The notes beneath the pieces are model-generated. The model searched no databases. It worked only from the letters and a program-made list of their open reading frames with translations, and was not told the DNA's origin. A program made the translations under genes and the position numbers. A stretch of 64,000 nucleotides of DNA from Mizuhopecten yessoensis (Eukaryota). Within the stretch, counting starts at the first letter, position 1; every line of letters starts with the position of its first letter. Location: positions 334,000 through 397,999 of the forward strand of contig NW_018408705.1 in the NCBI RefSeq assembly GCF_002113885.1, in the 5' to 3' direction. This document shows, one piece after another, positions 48,961-64,000 of the stretch.

Positions 48961-51900
48961 AGTAAAGACAGCATAAGCATAACAAAATCCTAGGAAGTGA
49001 TCTCCGGGAAAGGAAATGTCACTATATTTTTTTAGTGCCCCTTTTAATCAAACTTGATTTCCAGATATCCTGACAGCCAACCTTCTTGACGTCGCGACAC
49101 TATCGCAGACATCACGACCAGTCTAACACACCTTGGTAGATGTGTGCTGTGAACACTCCAAAACTCCCCAGATAAGATCCGTAGTGTGTGTGTGTGTGTG
49201 TGTGACATGTGGTACCCCGTTCTGTTAGTAAGAACAATGTACATGTTAACCTACTTCCTAACATTTAGTAAGAGGAATATTTAAAACAAATAATGGTCAA
49301 ATTTCTATATGTGTTTTCCTTGTGTCCTTAGGACAATATATCTATATAAAATGTCGATAATTCAGATAATTGCACCTCTCTTCAAATTATTATAAGTCTA
49401 TGTTCAATATTTAAGATACTGCTATAATCTTCTCAAAAAGATTTGATTCGAAAACTGTGTGAACTAACAAAAGGTTTCTAGGAGAACACTTAATTCAAAA
49501 TTAAAGATGAAGCAAAGCGTTTTATGTGTTTTTTCATTTCCTTCTTTTTACACATATTTTTTCATTGTGATCATGATTATATTATTTTTTTATTCAAGTA
49601 TATAGTGTAACTTTCGTGTACAAAAGAAAAAGAGAGGAGAGGGGACTTAAGAGAGACAACTCCTGGTGATCAAAATAAAATTCCGGTTAATAATAGAGAT
49701 CGTTGAAGTATGTTGTACGCCTGCACAAATATACGAAATGCATTATGTGTTCGCATAAAAAACAATTGTGCTGTGATGTTTAGATTTCAATCAAGATAAA
49801 TCCAAATTTCATAAAGTACATTTAAGATGTGTTGCATAAGATTATACAATAAATTCATGATAACCTAGATCTGGGTACCCTTAGAATATGCTCTTTACAC
49901 AAAACTCATATCATGCATTTTCCTTGTAATAAAATATCAATTCGGGTCACGAAAATAAGATAAACATTTACATATACTCTAAAGTACGCTACCATCGCGT
50001 TTCTATGGCAACCTCGATGGGGGAACGTTTTTAATTAATACCCAAAATATATCTTAATGTTACATTTGAGATTCCACAGTGTCTGAAAGGAATCCTTTGC
50101 ACCGTGGTTTCTGGGCGTACTCGGGCGGGAGACAGACCTATTTACTTGAATAGGTCGGACACCGGCGACATATGAAAGATATTTTTATTCAAAACTGATT
50201 CGTGTGTGGCTTAAAAATCCATAAAAGTTATTGATATTCATATAGAAACTCAGTATGCCTGTGAATGCATTACCGGTACAGACTTGAACACGAACGGTAC
50301 ATGTATGTAATATTTAATAGTTTACCGAGTATGTATAATGTACATCTCAATTCTATGGTGAAGTAGGTTATCAAAATGGCTCGATAAGAAATTCATTGTG
50401 ACGACAGTTGTAAACACGTCATGTTCGCATTCTGAATAGCAGTATATCTATTAAAATCAAATTCAGTTTATCTGCTGCGAAGCTCGCTTAACGCCTACAT
50501 TCATTACGAAGCAGAGTGTTACCCGAGCCAAGTATGCCCTCGCCGCCATAAGCCTCCTCGTAATTACAGGGGCACCGACATCTAATCACCACGCTTTTTT
50601 TATTAGGAAAGTGGTTCGCGGTAAATAATGACAAGTGGCAGTTAATTACGCCAGGAAATGATGCATCAGTGTAGGTATATTTGCTTTGATACGGACACCT
50701 TCCCGGTGGCCATATCCTATCCCCCTCTCACCATACAAGGCATGGTTCGTCACACGCATCTTCATTTAAATGTCGACCACGATCATATCATGTGTAGTAT
50801 TTATATAGGTATAAAAGACGATATTCTTACATTATTTACTTACTAGAATATGATTAAGGCTTTCAATATAGACAGTATACCTAGAGTTTGCTCTGTCAAT
50901 ATTGAACAAGTAAAGCCGGATACAATAGACCGTCCGGGTCCTTTGTTGAGTATTTACACATAACCTAACATTTCCCCCATTGCTGAGGCTACGAGTAATA
51001 AAAAGTGACAGATCATTTATGTATTACGGTGTTCTTATAGGAGCGAGAGAGGTAGAGTGCATATCATTGGAACTCCCCCTGTAACGAGATAGTCCCTCAA
51101 TCTTTGTTCATAAAAAGGTATTCAGAACTGATAAAAAAAATATCGCAAGTACTTCTGGCAAGGAGAACACCAACTCGTTGAGCACATTTAACATTTCTCT
51201 AGTGCCTACACAGACATCCATCCGAATACCTCGCCATTTCTCATAGAAACACGACAGAAGATAGGTATATATCAGATTTGAATCGGCCTTACAGAAACAT
51301 TGAATATATATTACATTAATAATAGCACACATCAGCAGATAATGTACCGACAGACAATGGGCTTGTGCCTGATGAGACTCCCGAGGTCGCCGCCAAGGCC
51401 TAACTACTTGTACACACAGGTTTCACTTAGATCCGGATAAACAGTTACGGGGAAGGTGACCCTCCAGGGCGGGCGTGTCATACATGGCACTGATTGCACA
51501 ATTTCTTTCAATGGACAGATTGGATACCGAGCATGCAGAAAGTGCAATGTGTATTGTTGGGGGTCAATGGATTCCCACGGTTTTTCATCGTTAATGTAAT
51601 CTAACTAATGATATAAATGCAAAAACTCTATAGCAAGCACAGACACACACATGCCTAGATGTCAAATAAATATGGCATTTGTAGAAATAAGTCCAAAGAA
51701 AAAGTAGACCTGTTGAATGTTACACAAAATAAGCACGGCATAAGTTACCATAAAGTCCATCGGGATGATATTCTAGGAGAATCAGAGCTAATCATGTTTG
51801 CAATCATCGTAATTTTATACGTATGTTCTAAATTAGTTACCTCCAATTTTTAAACATTAATGTCGTGAGTCTGTTAATGCTATGCATTAAAAACGATAGA

Positions 51901-52819
51901 ATAACGTACAAACAATACACAAAAATGACGTAATTCCATTGCGTTTTGATTTGCTTCGCAATTCCATCTCGAGGGACTTTAAGCAAACATGCGCTATGTA
52001 TTTTTTTGTGTGGAATGAAGGGGATCTCGGGAATGACATGGCCTCGAAGAGTAGAGCCAATACATAAGTACATGGCCGTAGTTACATTTATTTCCTTTAC
52101 CACTAGTTAAAAAAATATCTCTAAAAGTCATTGCGAGAATTTAAAAAAATGGACTTTGACTGGGCCCGTGATAAGTAGCTATCATATCGCAATACAACCA
52201 CTGTTGGAAAAAATACTTCAGAAAACTATCGAGAGCCCATCCTTTAAATGATATCAACTTGACGAGTGTTTAATTTGTTTGGCGTCACAAGTTTTAAGAA
52301 TATTAACTCTCATTCATCTGATAATTACAGGCAGCCAATGTCTTAGATGTTCACTCATTATAATCAGGGTACGAAACCAAAATAATTATTGTACTAGGTT
52401 GTAGAATTGATGTATCACTCAAATGATGGTGTGCATTACCCGCTGTCGATTTACGGAATTAGAGACGGTATTATAGAGACAAACTGTTTCAGTAACACAA
52501 CACAACTACCCAAATCAACTCCACTCCATAGAATGGTACACATACTGTTTGTGTAATAAATCGAGACATTCAAAATTTTGTTACTATTTGGCCGAAATTG
52601 GTGGGCTGATTTTTTGTCTCATGTTTGAGCGTTTCCCTTTATGCCATACGTCAGCTGTTTACATTTCATATGTATATGTATATTGGTCACAAACGTACAG
52701 TTGTAGCTATCAAGTTAGATATGATTTACTTTTCAGTATTATATTTGTTCATGAAGAGAGAAGCTATGGAAAACAAAGCATGCCTGTCTCTCTGCCCTTG
52801 GGTACTACATAAACATGAA

Positions 52820-53600
52820 AGTGTGACGTGGGCTGATGTCACATGTGGTCGTGTCACGTGGCACGCTAGTGTCAACGATTAGTCGTGTGTGCTGATGTAA
52901 GATGTGCTGGTATAACGTGCGATCGTGCCACTTGTACAAGTGTGCTATATGGCACATGCGTTGTTATCACGTATGGTCTTGTCAAATGCGCAAGTGTCGC
53001 GTGTGACAGTGTCATGTGTGCTGGTGTAGCGTGTGCTGGTATCACGTGTGATTATTTCACGTGTGCTAGCGTAATATGTTGGTGTCACGTCTGCAATTGT
53101 CATTTGTTATTATCACGCGTGTTGTGTCACATGTGCTGTTGTCAAGTGAAGTCGTGTCACGTAAACTGGTGTGAAATATATTGGTGTCACAAGTGCAGGT
53201 ATCTCTGGAGGTCGTTCCACGTGCGTTTGTGTCACATTTGGTGTTTCGCATGTGTAAGTGTCGCGTGTGTTGTGTCACACGTGCTTCTCTCACGTGTGCT
53301 AGCGTCGTGCGTTAGAATCAATTGTGCTGGTGTTGCCAGTTTTGATGGTGTCACGTTCGGTCGTGTCGCATGTGCTGGAATCACGTGCGTTAGTTTTACA
53401 CGTGCTGGTGTCCAACAAGTGTATGTACCACGTAGAGTCATGCTGTATGCAGTGATGTCACGTGTATTAATGTCGCTTGCTCTCGTGCCTCGTGTCACAT
53501 TCGTTGGTGTCCCATGTAATGTGACACTTACGATTGTTGCACGTGTACCACGTCACGCCTGCTTGTGGTTCATGTGCCATGTGGGGTCATATCACGTGTG
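52820..53600. repeat. Low-complexity GTGTCACGTGTGCTG-type degenerate repeat
   Basis: Dense gtcac/cacgtg/gtgctggt motifs. Confidence 0.8.
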
Positions 53601-54967
53601 TTGGTAGTTTACTCCGGAACTTTAAAACGGAATAACCTATGCATTGTGTCAGACAAATTATTATCAAATATTAGTCATATTTATGCAACCACACCATTTG
53701 GCATCAAAACTATATATCAGAAAAAAAGTTTTGTAATCAAAGAAAATGTCATCTTTATACGCCATAACAATTTGAGCCTAGATAATGGAATGGAGGAGAC
53801 AACGTTTTCTTCAAAATTATTACCTGTAACAACAAAATAAACACACATATACAGTAGAACTGTTTCAGTTCTAGCAGTAGTTTCTAGAGCGTATCTCGAC
53901 TACGTGTCCTGAAGTAACATTGTACTAATTACCTCTGTTCTGTCCTGTACAAAACAACCTCACTACAACTCAAACCTAATTGTAAACATGTATTGAAAAG
54001 CACCTGTGGATATCATCGCATCAGGAAGTCCGTTCCAGGGGACGAATCAGTGTGCATATTTACAGACAGTGGTTATCGGTTCAGATCAATAACTCGAGCA
54101 ACGCTGCTCGGAGAAAGGGGGACAAATCTGCCGGAAGGGGTGTGATTTAGAGCCTGTTTATTAAGACGGATAGCTTCTCTAGTTGAGTATGGCACTAGGG
54201 GGCAAGCCTAGGCGGGTACTCCCCCTTCTAAATGTCACATAGACAGCATATACTGTCCCGTAAAAGATAGAGAGTCCAACCACTTTTCCACTTTATATAA
54301 AAATAGAAAATATTTATCTTCATATTAAAATCATACCATGACCGGTAAAGGTTGCAGACCATTTAAAAACAGATTTGCTCTTTATTGAAGATAACACTAC
54401 ATAGAGCTTTGTCTTTCCACCTCAAAAGTTACAAAGTACTTTCGCCTACTACACTTCACTACAATGCAATGAACTTCCCCTTTTCATTGTTAAGTAAACA
54501 TTAGGCAATGCCCCCTTTTTACTTTTTATTCTATATCAAGCACCGTCCCATTCAGTATTACCCCCATCCTATCTTAATATCAACATTGGCCCTTAATGAT
54601 TTCAAATATCGACTGACCGTAATACAGTATAAAAAACAAATCGATATCATCTAAACACTATACTGCGCCCTTCTCAACATTATTTACACGTTAATAGTCC
54701 CCTCTAAACATTAATTACACGTTAATTGTACCTTCTAAACATTAATTAAAGGCCAGACACTGCTCCTTGTAAATGTTAATTAAATTGTAAATTATGTAGC
54801 TCTCTAAACGTTAAAAGTCTGCGATCGTCTAAACTGATCTTCAAAACCAGGTACATGTGCGTATCCACATCTATACGGTAATTCACCATATATTTTACCA
54901 GTGGTCGATGATATTTCAACAAGTAAACTTATGGATCCCCGTACCACAGCCAAAAAAACGGAAGCTG

Positions 54968-55064
54968 TTGACTCATTCACCCCTGAAGTTTCATAAATTA
55001 ATGAACTATTCCAACCTGTGAATTTTGAAAGTTCAAATGTGTCTTCAATGATTGAATGAGTTCA
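54968..55064. mobile_element. Short MITE-like element
   Basis: Terminal inverted actcattca...tgaatgagt with degenerate TTAA-like flanks. Confidence 0.45.
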
Positions 55065-56079
55065 GGGGGGATGACTGTGTGTAAGATCAACTACAGGTGG
55101 AATTGTCTAGAGTTTTGTCCGCATTGTCACAAGGATCCTTAAAGGCAATTCAACACCAATAACAGGTACTTCTTCCTTTTATACTATGAATTGTCTCATT
55201 TCAAACGATTACTCAATCATTCCGTATTGCTCCATTCTAGTCAGTAATTAAACATCAGGCACCCCTTGCATGATACAAGTACATGCAATTCAACATCAGG
55301 TACTGTCATTCTATCACGGTAATTAAATATCAATTAACCCCCTCTCCATCCCCCACCCCACCCCAACCCCACCAACGCTCTATACGTTATTTTGAGGAAG
55401 CGATCTCGCTTCTTGATTATGTTAAACAAGTCATCACAACGCACGAGCGCAAGTAAAGGTACAATGGTTGTCTAACTTGGATGTTACTAATTAGAGTTAC
55501 TCGGAGTTTCGTGTTTAGCGATTTATCTGTGCTTGACGTTGGTTCTGTATTTCTCTTGGCGACCAGAGTTACTTTTACCTGTGAACTATAAAGCACGCTG
55601 TAGGTATGCATTTACAGGACGGATCCCGTGTTGTATGCTCTGTATTTCTGTTACAAAGCTAAGCTGTCACTTGTAATAACAAGAAACATGTTGCTGTAAC
55701 ATATACGCCGACTGCACCTTCAATTGCGGATACCACTGCCTCGACATGGCGTCTTTATCACAGGTCGGCCGACTTATATATTGTATGGGTGGGCCCGCAC
55801 TAAAAATCTCAATTTAATTTTAAACCCTTAATCCGTGTGATTTTCTCCGGCGCTACACGTGATTATGTGTATCTGTCTAGTTATACGACAGCCATGCCAA
55901 CTGATCCGAACAGTACAAAGCACGTGGAAACGTGGTTAAGGTGTAACGCAGCTGGCAACGTGTTTATGTCACATACAATTAGTCTTTACGTCCGTAACAC
56001 AGTGATCCAGACCGAGGGCACGTGTGTAACGTGTAACATGTAGCTCCTCTTCCCATTTTCAGACAAAGAGCACCATCAT

Positions 56080-56160
56080 CTAAAGCGCTTTAGAGTGGCT
56101 TATGTTAGCTAGATAGATAGGGCGCTATATCAAATGTTGTATATCTATTTATTTATTTTA
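56080..56160 (+). mobile_element. L2-type LINE/SINE 3' tail fragment
   Basis: aaagcgctttagag...gggcgctatatcaaatg followed by a (TATT)n tail. Confidence 0.45.
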
Positions 56161-59061
56161 TCATCAGACCCAGGTAAAAATCGCAATTCCGTTAAAATCA
56201 AAGCTTATTTCACCTGGGATCGAGGATGAAGGAACACATGCAACACATGTTAGCAAATGGCCAAAAGCATATGTAGCTTATAGACAAGTACATTTACAGT
56301 GTCGTTTGCATATGTAATACACATTGTCGAGGACTAGGACCATGTCATAATTAACACTATATATTTATTAATATTATATCTTAAACACTAGCATTTTGGT
56401 ACTGACCAATATTTCTGAAGGTTGATTCGTGCTGAGATTTCCCAATACATTGCGTATACTTTAACGAATAAACCATCTAGTATACTCTGATGTACAAATG
56501 AGTAGCAACATGTTTTGGAGAAATCCTGTCAACAACCGGCGTTCTTGTAAGTTGTGAATGGTACTCAGCTTGATAATAGTAACAGACTGTTTTGTTTACT
56601 AAGTTCGAATGGACTCTTTCCTCAGCAGGTATAAAATACAGGTGAGAGACAGAGGAACACATCTGCTAGCTGCTTCCAGATTTATGATTCGGTTTAACAC
56701 AAAGGTTGAACGCGGCATTGTTATTCTTCCCTCTTAGTCAGCTGTCACTGATATTGCTTCACAAGCCGTTCTCAAATTCCCATAGGACTGCTTTCGGAAT
56801 TACAAATGCTATCATTGTTTTACAAAACACAGAACAAATCTATTTCGAGATAGGGCAAGACGAGCCTTTGTTTTGTTTCTTAACACACACTGCTTTATTT
56901 CCATTGCTCTCTTTACTGCCATCAGAGGAGAGTGTATGTCATTCCACTAATTACACTTGTAAACAGCAGCTGTAGGCTGAATACATTTCCCGGTCATTCC
57001 GGAAACCAAGGTTCTGGTAATTTACACAGATTTACCGCACGCTGTATAACGCCATCCTAATTCCATCACACACCAATGCGCGTGGAAGTCTATAAATAAT
57101 TGTCGTGTATTCCCTCGGATTGGTTACATGCACGATTGACTCCATTTTTTTATCGCCGTGGAAAGTGGATAGGAAAATGATGAGATATCCATCAAAGTCA
57201 CTTGTCTAGCGACGATTGTGTGTAATAGATATGAGATAAAATGCCCAATCAGGCAGAAAACAGAGTAATCTGTATCATTTACTAAGAGAAATCCCGGAAC
57301 TATTTGATGCTTGATATACCCGAGACAATTAGCGTTCCCCTCTGATTGTGACTAGGACAAACCTCCTGATCCGGACGTTGCCCAGTCACAGCCATCCGGA
57401 TCGATAGATCCGTCATTGGTCCACGCTCGTTTTCATAAGTGGATATGTATATCAGTTTCCGGTCTGTCGGTCCCATGACGGAATTACAAATGGCGCGTTG
57501 CATACTGCTAAACGTGCTTGACACGCGAATCTGTTTGAGATTTACCTTTATTAGTTATACCAGTCTTAAAATTGTACCATGGTTTTGCCCTTTATAACTA
57601 TATTAGTAAGATATGTCCATATGGTAAGATTAGTTGCATCTGATTTTGTTGGAAACCAACTAAAGCAACATCATATCTGCAATAGGACATTTAAAACTTC
57701 ATCATTTAAATGTTCTTATGATTCTACTGATAACGTAATGGAATGACATCATTACAAGAAGCAAAATATGTCACTTTCTTTTCCACAAATTTTAGGACCG
57801 AACACATTTTCCTTTTCTGTTTCTGATTTGCAGCTGCTCAGATTTGGACAAAGTCTAATTTTCTAGAAGTGCGCACGTTGTAATGTGAGATACGTGTACT
57901 ACAGACATTTTGTCAATAACACTACAATGTATCAGATATATTGGACATATAGATTCAGGAAATATATTCCAAGTGATGCAAAATTCAGTCCGCGGCGGTG
58001 GAGACGGTATTTGCAGGTTTGTGGTAGGATGACCTTGATGTTTTGACCTTTCTCTGACCAACTTGATCCGATCCAATGGTAAACACAAAATAGGAAGCAA
58101 TCTTGTATCATCTTTCTTGTTACATAATACGGACGGCTTAGATTACTCTTTTGATTATCGGAATATAGTGTTGGTGATCCGTTATCCTAGAGTACGCCTC
58201 ATCTTTTCCCGCCCGACGCGGCAATGATGACACATCCGTCGTCACGAGATTGACAGCCTCTATCAGTCACGCGCGGAAATATGGCGGGGACCCACCAGTG
58301 GGATGATGGATAAATAGTCCCCCGATACGGACGCCGTGATGGCTACCGCCCGTTGACCGTTATGATGTAGACGTCCTTATGAAGTAATATGAAGTAATTT
58401 GGTCACTATGACGACAGCAGGATCCACGGTTAGATGATGATGTTGACTTTTCCTATGCGCTTGGCAAGACAATTGTCGTCTGGTTATTTTAATTTGAACC
58501 CACACTTGTAAGAGTGCAGACGGGCACGCGGCAGTCATAGGCAAACACTTATATCCTCAGAACTCTGCGAAACCAAAAAAACGCAAATTAAATTTCCCAT
58601 GTTTGATATCAAATACCTTGTTCTTTAAGGTTTTAACTATATTAGTTCATCGTATTTCAAACATGACCAAGTACTTGTACACGTGTCCTTGTCTTTGTAC
58701 GTCACTTCGGCGCGCAACTCTTTGACTTATTTATCGCTCGAGGTACATTTGTGTCATACATGTAGATATTCAAATATATATTCAAATGTATTGATGGATA
58801 ACTGGATAACAGTTAGAGTATTCTCTTCTGCATCTCTCATTTTTTTGCTTTCTGTTCATCTTACCTAAACGAATGCCTATAGACAAGACATATATTTATA
58901 TATTAATAATATAAAAGGCGTTCGAAGAGGGGCGTTACCCAGAAATACTAATTAAAGCTCATCAATTTTGATTGGCTGATGGCAAGTGGACAGTTGGTAT
59001 ACATGTATCATTTTACTTCGATGAATATCGCCCCTTTTCTAATTCAATTTTAGAATCAGTT

Positions 59062-59094
59062 TGCATTGTTTTCATTTTCCACTAGAGGGCGCAG
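59062..59094 (+). promoter_or_regulatory. CTCF-like motif with upstream module
   Basis: CCACTAGAGGGCGCAG core at 59079, with TGCATTGT 17 nt upstream. Confidence 0.5.
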
Positions 59095-59799
59095 TTGTCT
59101 GATATCGATCGCTTCGTTAGGGCTAAGAACTAATTCGGTCGAGCGTGAACAACCTTCTTCCCTGTCGACACGTCGGATCACTTAGACCCCGGTAAACCAG
59201 CACGTGTGTGACAGGGGCGGAAGCAGACATCAAATCACCGTCACTACACGACGCCTGGGAGCGAGTAAAACCTCCAGCCAAACAGACATGCTGACATATG
59301 GTAGTTTAATGTTCGGGTTTCTCGAGGGTTTACCAGCCTTCCATTAAGAACGCCTTCATCAGGAACGTTTATGTATTACATGCATGTGACTGGTGCTTTA
59401 TTGGTGGCCAAGACCATCCAGTTCTCTTCAAAAACTTCCGTTTGAGAAAAGTGTCCTTAAGCCAGAAGACAGCATAAATTTTTCTCGACACCAATGCAGT
59501 CGGAAGATACATTAAAGTAACGGTACATATCGTATGTAATACATGTGTAGTGGTTTAAACACCACCCGGAACACGCAATCAGGAACCATTGTAAATGGTG
59601 AGAAGGAGATACAACCAATCAAAAGTAAAATACATGTTATTCTAGTTCTGTTATTATCATCTTTATTACAGAGGGAAAAACATCGATCTGTACGCGTTAT
59701 ACCATAAACGGAAAATAAACACATAGAGTGAAATAAGCTTAGGTTCTTAGTTCCTTAGGCATTATATCAAAAAGTAACCAGGAATACGGAGTAAGGAAG

Positions 59800-59990
59800 C
59801 TTTGCTTTATTTGTGTTTTACGTCCTATTAACAGCTATGGTAATTTAAGGATTGTCATGTTTTGGTGGTGGAGGAAAGCCGGAGTTTCCGGAGAAAACAC
59901 CCACCGACCTACGGCCAGTACCTGGCGACTGCCCCACGTAGTTCTCGAACCCGTGACCCAGCGGCGGAGGGCTAGTGGTATCAGAATGTT
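59800..59990 (-). mobile_element. SINE with V-domain-like core, sharing its tail with the 4531 SINE family
   Basis: Tail block tttacgtcctattaacagctatggtaatttaagga, core ggaggaaagccggagtttccggagaaaac, and a B-box-like (ctcgaacc) head. A + strand V-like fragment is at about 63301-63345. Confidence 0.65.
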
Positions 59991-62900
59991 CACCAGTAAG
60001 GAAGCACATATTCAAAGATTTGGTTTGTTGATGGAGCAAGTCATACAAAGTAAAACATTACTGTACCATACGGCCATTTCGTCGATATACAAGTAGTTCT
60101 CATCAGGAACAGACAAAGGATGTATGTTCTATTAAATGATCGTCAAGACGATGATAAGTACAAACATTGCACTTCATTTTCCTTGTTAGTTAAATCCTGC
60201 ATGTCAGCGATTGCGATTGTTAGAAAATGACAAGTGTCCTCCATTTGTTGTAAACCGTGATAAGATCTCACGTTCGTGTACAAATCTATGTGTTTGTCAA
60301 TCCTTCCCGGAAAAGTACGGTTGTACGTTGATAACGACCATACTTAAGATGAAAACACATGAATGTACTTTTAAAATGAAATTTAAGTAGAAAATGGCAA
60401 AATGGGTTCAGGCTACAGATTGCCTTTCTGTTGCACGTTTTGTTATGTCGCACTGATAATGTGGCTATATCACACACAGGAGGTATTGAGGAGAGCTTAC
60501 AGGTGATTACAAGTAACAAGAACGTGCCTTCGGATTGATTGACCTCCAGCAACTGTTTTTAACGACATGTCCATACTATATGTTATTTACAATGTTAATC
60601 AATTAAAATCTGCATTCAATTTTCAGCCAACTTAATTAAAGCTGCTGACCCCTAAGTTTTGCGATGTATCTGTAGTTGGGGTTATGGTTATTTTTTAAGT
60701 ATCAAAAAAGTTAAATACGAATTCCAGTATCATTATTTTTGTTTTAATTTTCATTTATTGAATTTTGTACTTAACGTGAGTCCGTCGTAAGTAACGTCTA
60801 AATAGCGAATTTATGTAATACATTTTACCTGATGTTATAGTACGAGGTGAACGCGGCTCACTCAATGGACTAAAATATATACATGTATAATACAATTATT
60901 TACTACCTTTTTAAAATTCTCTTCCCGTATCCAAACAAAGAAATCGCATGGCCCTGACACAGCTTATAGCCTATCGAGAAAGGATTTTGAACTGGATCGA
61001 CTCCTATCGAGATAACCTTTGTATCGCAATATTTGTTTGTTTTCAATAATTGTTAAGTCATAACAGGAAAACAACGCTAAGAAAACTGAAAATCAGTGCA
61101 GGCCCACTCATATGTAAGGTTTAAAGGTAATGCTTTATGTATTAGACAGAACAAATAACACATTATCGGTCAAATCGCAAATACTGCAAGGATACATTTA
61201 AACAAATGATTGTGTTTTTCAACAAAAATTGATAAGCATTTTATATCAAAATTAATTTATCCACCTAATATCAATATTATATGTTACTTTTATAATTAAC
61301 GGCTCAAGTAGTTCGCTTCACACGTTTTATATACTGTGCCCGGATAAACACAATTATTCAAATATTGCTGATTTTGTTAATTCATAAACACAAGCTACAG
61401 GTAGAGCAGCATCTTAATAGTTAATTTGTAACTTATCAATAGTACATGTGCATCAACCATTCATTGTAGAAGACCCTGTATTTATATCTTTGAATTATTT
61501 CTCACGACCGTAGGGTGATAAATAGGTATAGAGGTGTCATAGGCGACAACAAAAACATTGAACCATGGGACCTTTTCACTTTTTATATTGCAATTATTCA
61601 AGATTTCTTGTCATTCTTGATGACACAAGACAAGCTGGATGATAATCATTACATCTGGCAGTTTTAAAAAGCATTTAACATGTCAATCAACTGAACCGAA
61701 GGACAACACAGCATTTATAGTGTATGTATGTTTATGATATAGGTCAAGTTGAAGATTATTTAAGAGGTGTGTTGCTGACCTCGTTCATGCCTGAATGCCA
61801 TTTTTATGTGAGAAACCACATTGTATGTTGAGCACGCGCATCCTGCGCGAGGTTCCACTAATTACCCAATTTACAGATTTATAATCCCCCACTGTGGGCC
61901 GGGAGTGGACGGCGTGTTCATCAAAGCTACGCGCTATGGAGTCTTCTAATTAACTAGCAATAAATATGATTAAAACAATTGGCATGGAAATTGGGTTGTG
62001 AGTTAGGAAGCCTGGGTTGGATCATTCGTTCGATTGTGTTGAGAGAGCTGTTATGAAGCCGTATCGTTTACTCTGCTGTCAAAGCTCTAGTCCCGTAAGC
62101 TCATCTCTGCTGAGGAATCTCCGACTGTTGTCAAATTTACAGCGAAAATATGCATCAGATTTGCTTTAATCTTAAATGATTTTCGACTCTACGGGCGTTT
62201 CAATTCGGCGTATTGAATAAGCACATGGTTTTATTTATAATTGATGGGAGATTTGCATGGAAAATTGGACAAGAAAGCCGACATTACCAAATATTAAATC
62301 ACCACATACATTCTTTTCTTGCACTTGTATAATCTGAGCAAATATTAAAGATAAACTGACGAAGCTTTTTTTTTCTGGCTGATTCTGAAAATTGCCTAAA
62401 ATTGATCTTATCCTGAAGATTTTCCAATTGGTTATGGCAAATTTTCCGGGGCTTGGTGCCAACTTTGTAGCCTAATACTGGTAATCTGTTCGTGTATGTA
62501 GCTCTGGTTTACCAATACTTGATATGAAGGGAGTTTCCTCTCAGCTAAATATAAATATATGATCCACTAGCTATTTTGATACTTTTGAGATCTAACACGT
62601 ACACGTGTACCTATATGTCTATTTTGTCATAGAGACGCTTGCCTCTCCATGTACGTTTGTCTTTCCGTTCTCACGAACACCTGCTTCGTCATCCAAACGT
62701 TTGTCACTGTCTATGTTCGTGTTCACCAACGACGTCATATGGACGCTTGTCTATCCGTTCTTGCGTACACCTACATTGTCGTGGGAACATTTGTCACTCT
62801 ACGTGAGGAGTAAAACAACAACGTTATAGGGATGCTTGTCTATTCATGGACGTGCACACCTAATACATGAACGACGTCACAGAGACGCTTGTCCATCATT

Positions 62901-64000
62901 ACACATGCATACATTGGCCGTCATTTAGATTTTGGTAACAGTCTTGTGAAGATGATGAAATGCTGACGACATAGTGCTAAAGATTAAAAAAAAGCAAAAC
63001 AATGATGTCGCGTAAACATTATTGGTCTCTGATCTACTTAATAGTATCAAAGGAAGAGATTTTCCATTCGACAAAAAATAAACGTGTAAAAGTTCTTCAT
63101 ATTTTCATTGGTAGATTTGTGAACCTGTCAAACTGAAATTTAAATATTTGCATATGAATTATACGTTTAAAACCATTAAACCACAGGAAAAACAAACGAA
63201 CACCCGAACATAAGCACAGGAGAAATTCGAATGTTAAATCACAGTGGAAAGCACACTCGCCAAAGCGACTGGAGATCGAGGATGAGAAAAGCCCGACCAC
63301 ATGGGTTTCCAGGGGTACTCCGGTTTTCTTCCTACATTTATACCTCCCGCGTGCTAACATCCGGACAAACAAGAGTGATCAATATAAGTTGGGAAAACAT
63401 ATTCCATAATTCAATGAATATTTAAGTATATATATATTGGATTTCTTGGGGACTGAGGGGACACCAAAACAAAAGGAAAGACAACGTGAATCCAAAAAAA
63501 ATGACTATACAGCAACTATTCTTACGGATTCGCCGTGGATTTATCACATTGTGTCCGTGACTGATAATAATATATTATCGTGTGTCCTTATCAATAGCTC
63601 GTCTACAAGTACATCAGATACATGAATTACCATGGGAACCATTGACCACGCGATCATTCCCGATCAAGCATCAGATATTGAGACTTTCTATCTTAGGAAT
63701 GGATATCTGTCACATGCATTACCATCAAATTCGTTCACCCCCTTTGTACTTCCCTATCATGCAAAGTATTAGTAATCGTCACTGATTGATAGACTATGTA
63801 AGAAACATTGGGTCTTCATTTAGAAAGATACTAACCGCTCCCAACCGACTTGGCTAAGAAGAATTTTTCTCTTTAGCTCATTCGGTAAAGCGTCAGACTA
63901 GTAAGCAAGATTTTCTGATTTCGAACCTTAGCGGAGGCGTTTTGATTTATATTTTTGTATACAAAGACGACTTTTTGTTTGTTTATTTTTTAACATAAAA

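Noticed and set aside
52885-53607. 240-aa Cys/Val-rich ORF
   Set aside because: Translation of a low-complexity GTCACGTG repeat with a GTG start and no recognisable Cys spacing.
47000-64000. A second gene or further nAChR exons downstream
   Set aside because: Only short ORFs without recognisable motifs. Isolated acceptor-like sites (for example about 57833) could not be joined into a model.

Overview
AT-rich eukaryotic DNA, most consistent with a mollusc (probably a bivalve, judged from the repeat families; this is inference). One spliced gene on the + strand dominates the window. It encodes a cation-type nicotinic acetylcholine receptor alpha subunit (about 505 aa; coding exons 1615-1809, 27985-28029, a 110-nt exon 3, 40580-41579 and 44081-44248). 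Two observations stand out. (1) The 110-nt exon carrying ligand-binding loop A exists as two intact, divergent tandem copies (34863-34972 and 35772-35881) that look like mutually exclusive exons. They swap the loop A Tyr for Phe, and one adds an N-glycosylation site. (2) Intron 1 holds an apparently intact, full-length non-LTR retrotransposon (about 8316-13843). Its ORF1 and ATG-less ORF2 are in the same frame and separated by a single TAG, which suggests stop-codon readthrough or non-AUG initiation. The rest is introns and intergenic DNA containing nested SINEs, Helentron/HINE-like elements, MITEs, a Crypton relic, minisatellites and one assembly gap. No other protein-coding gene could be supported downstream of 44.3 kb.
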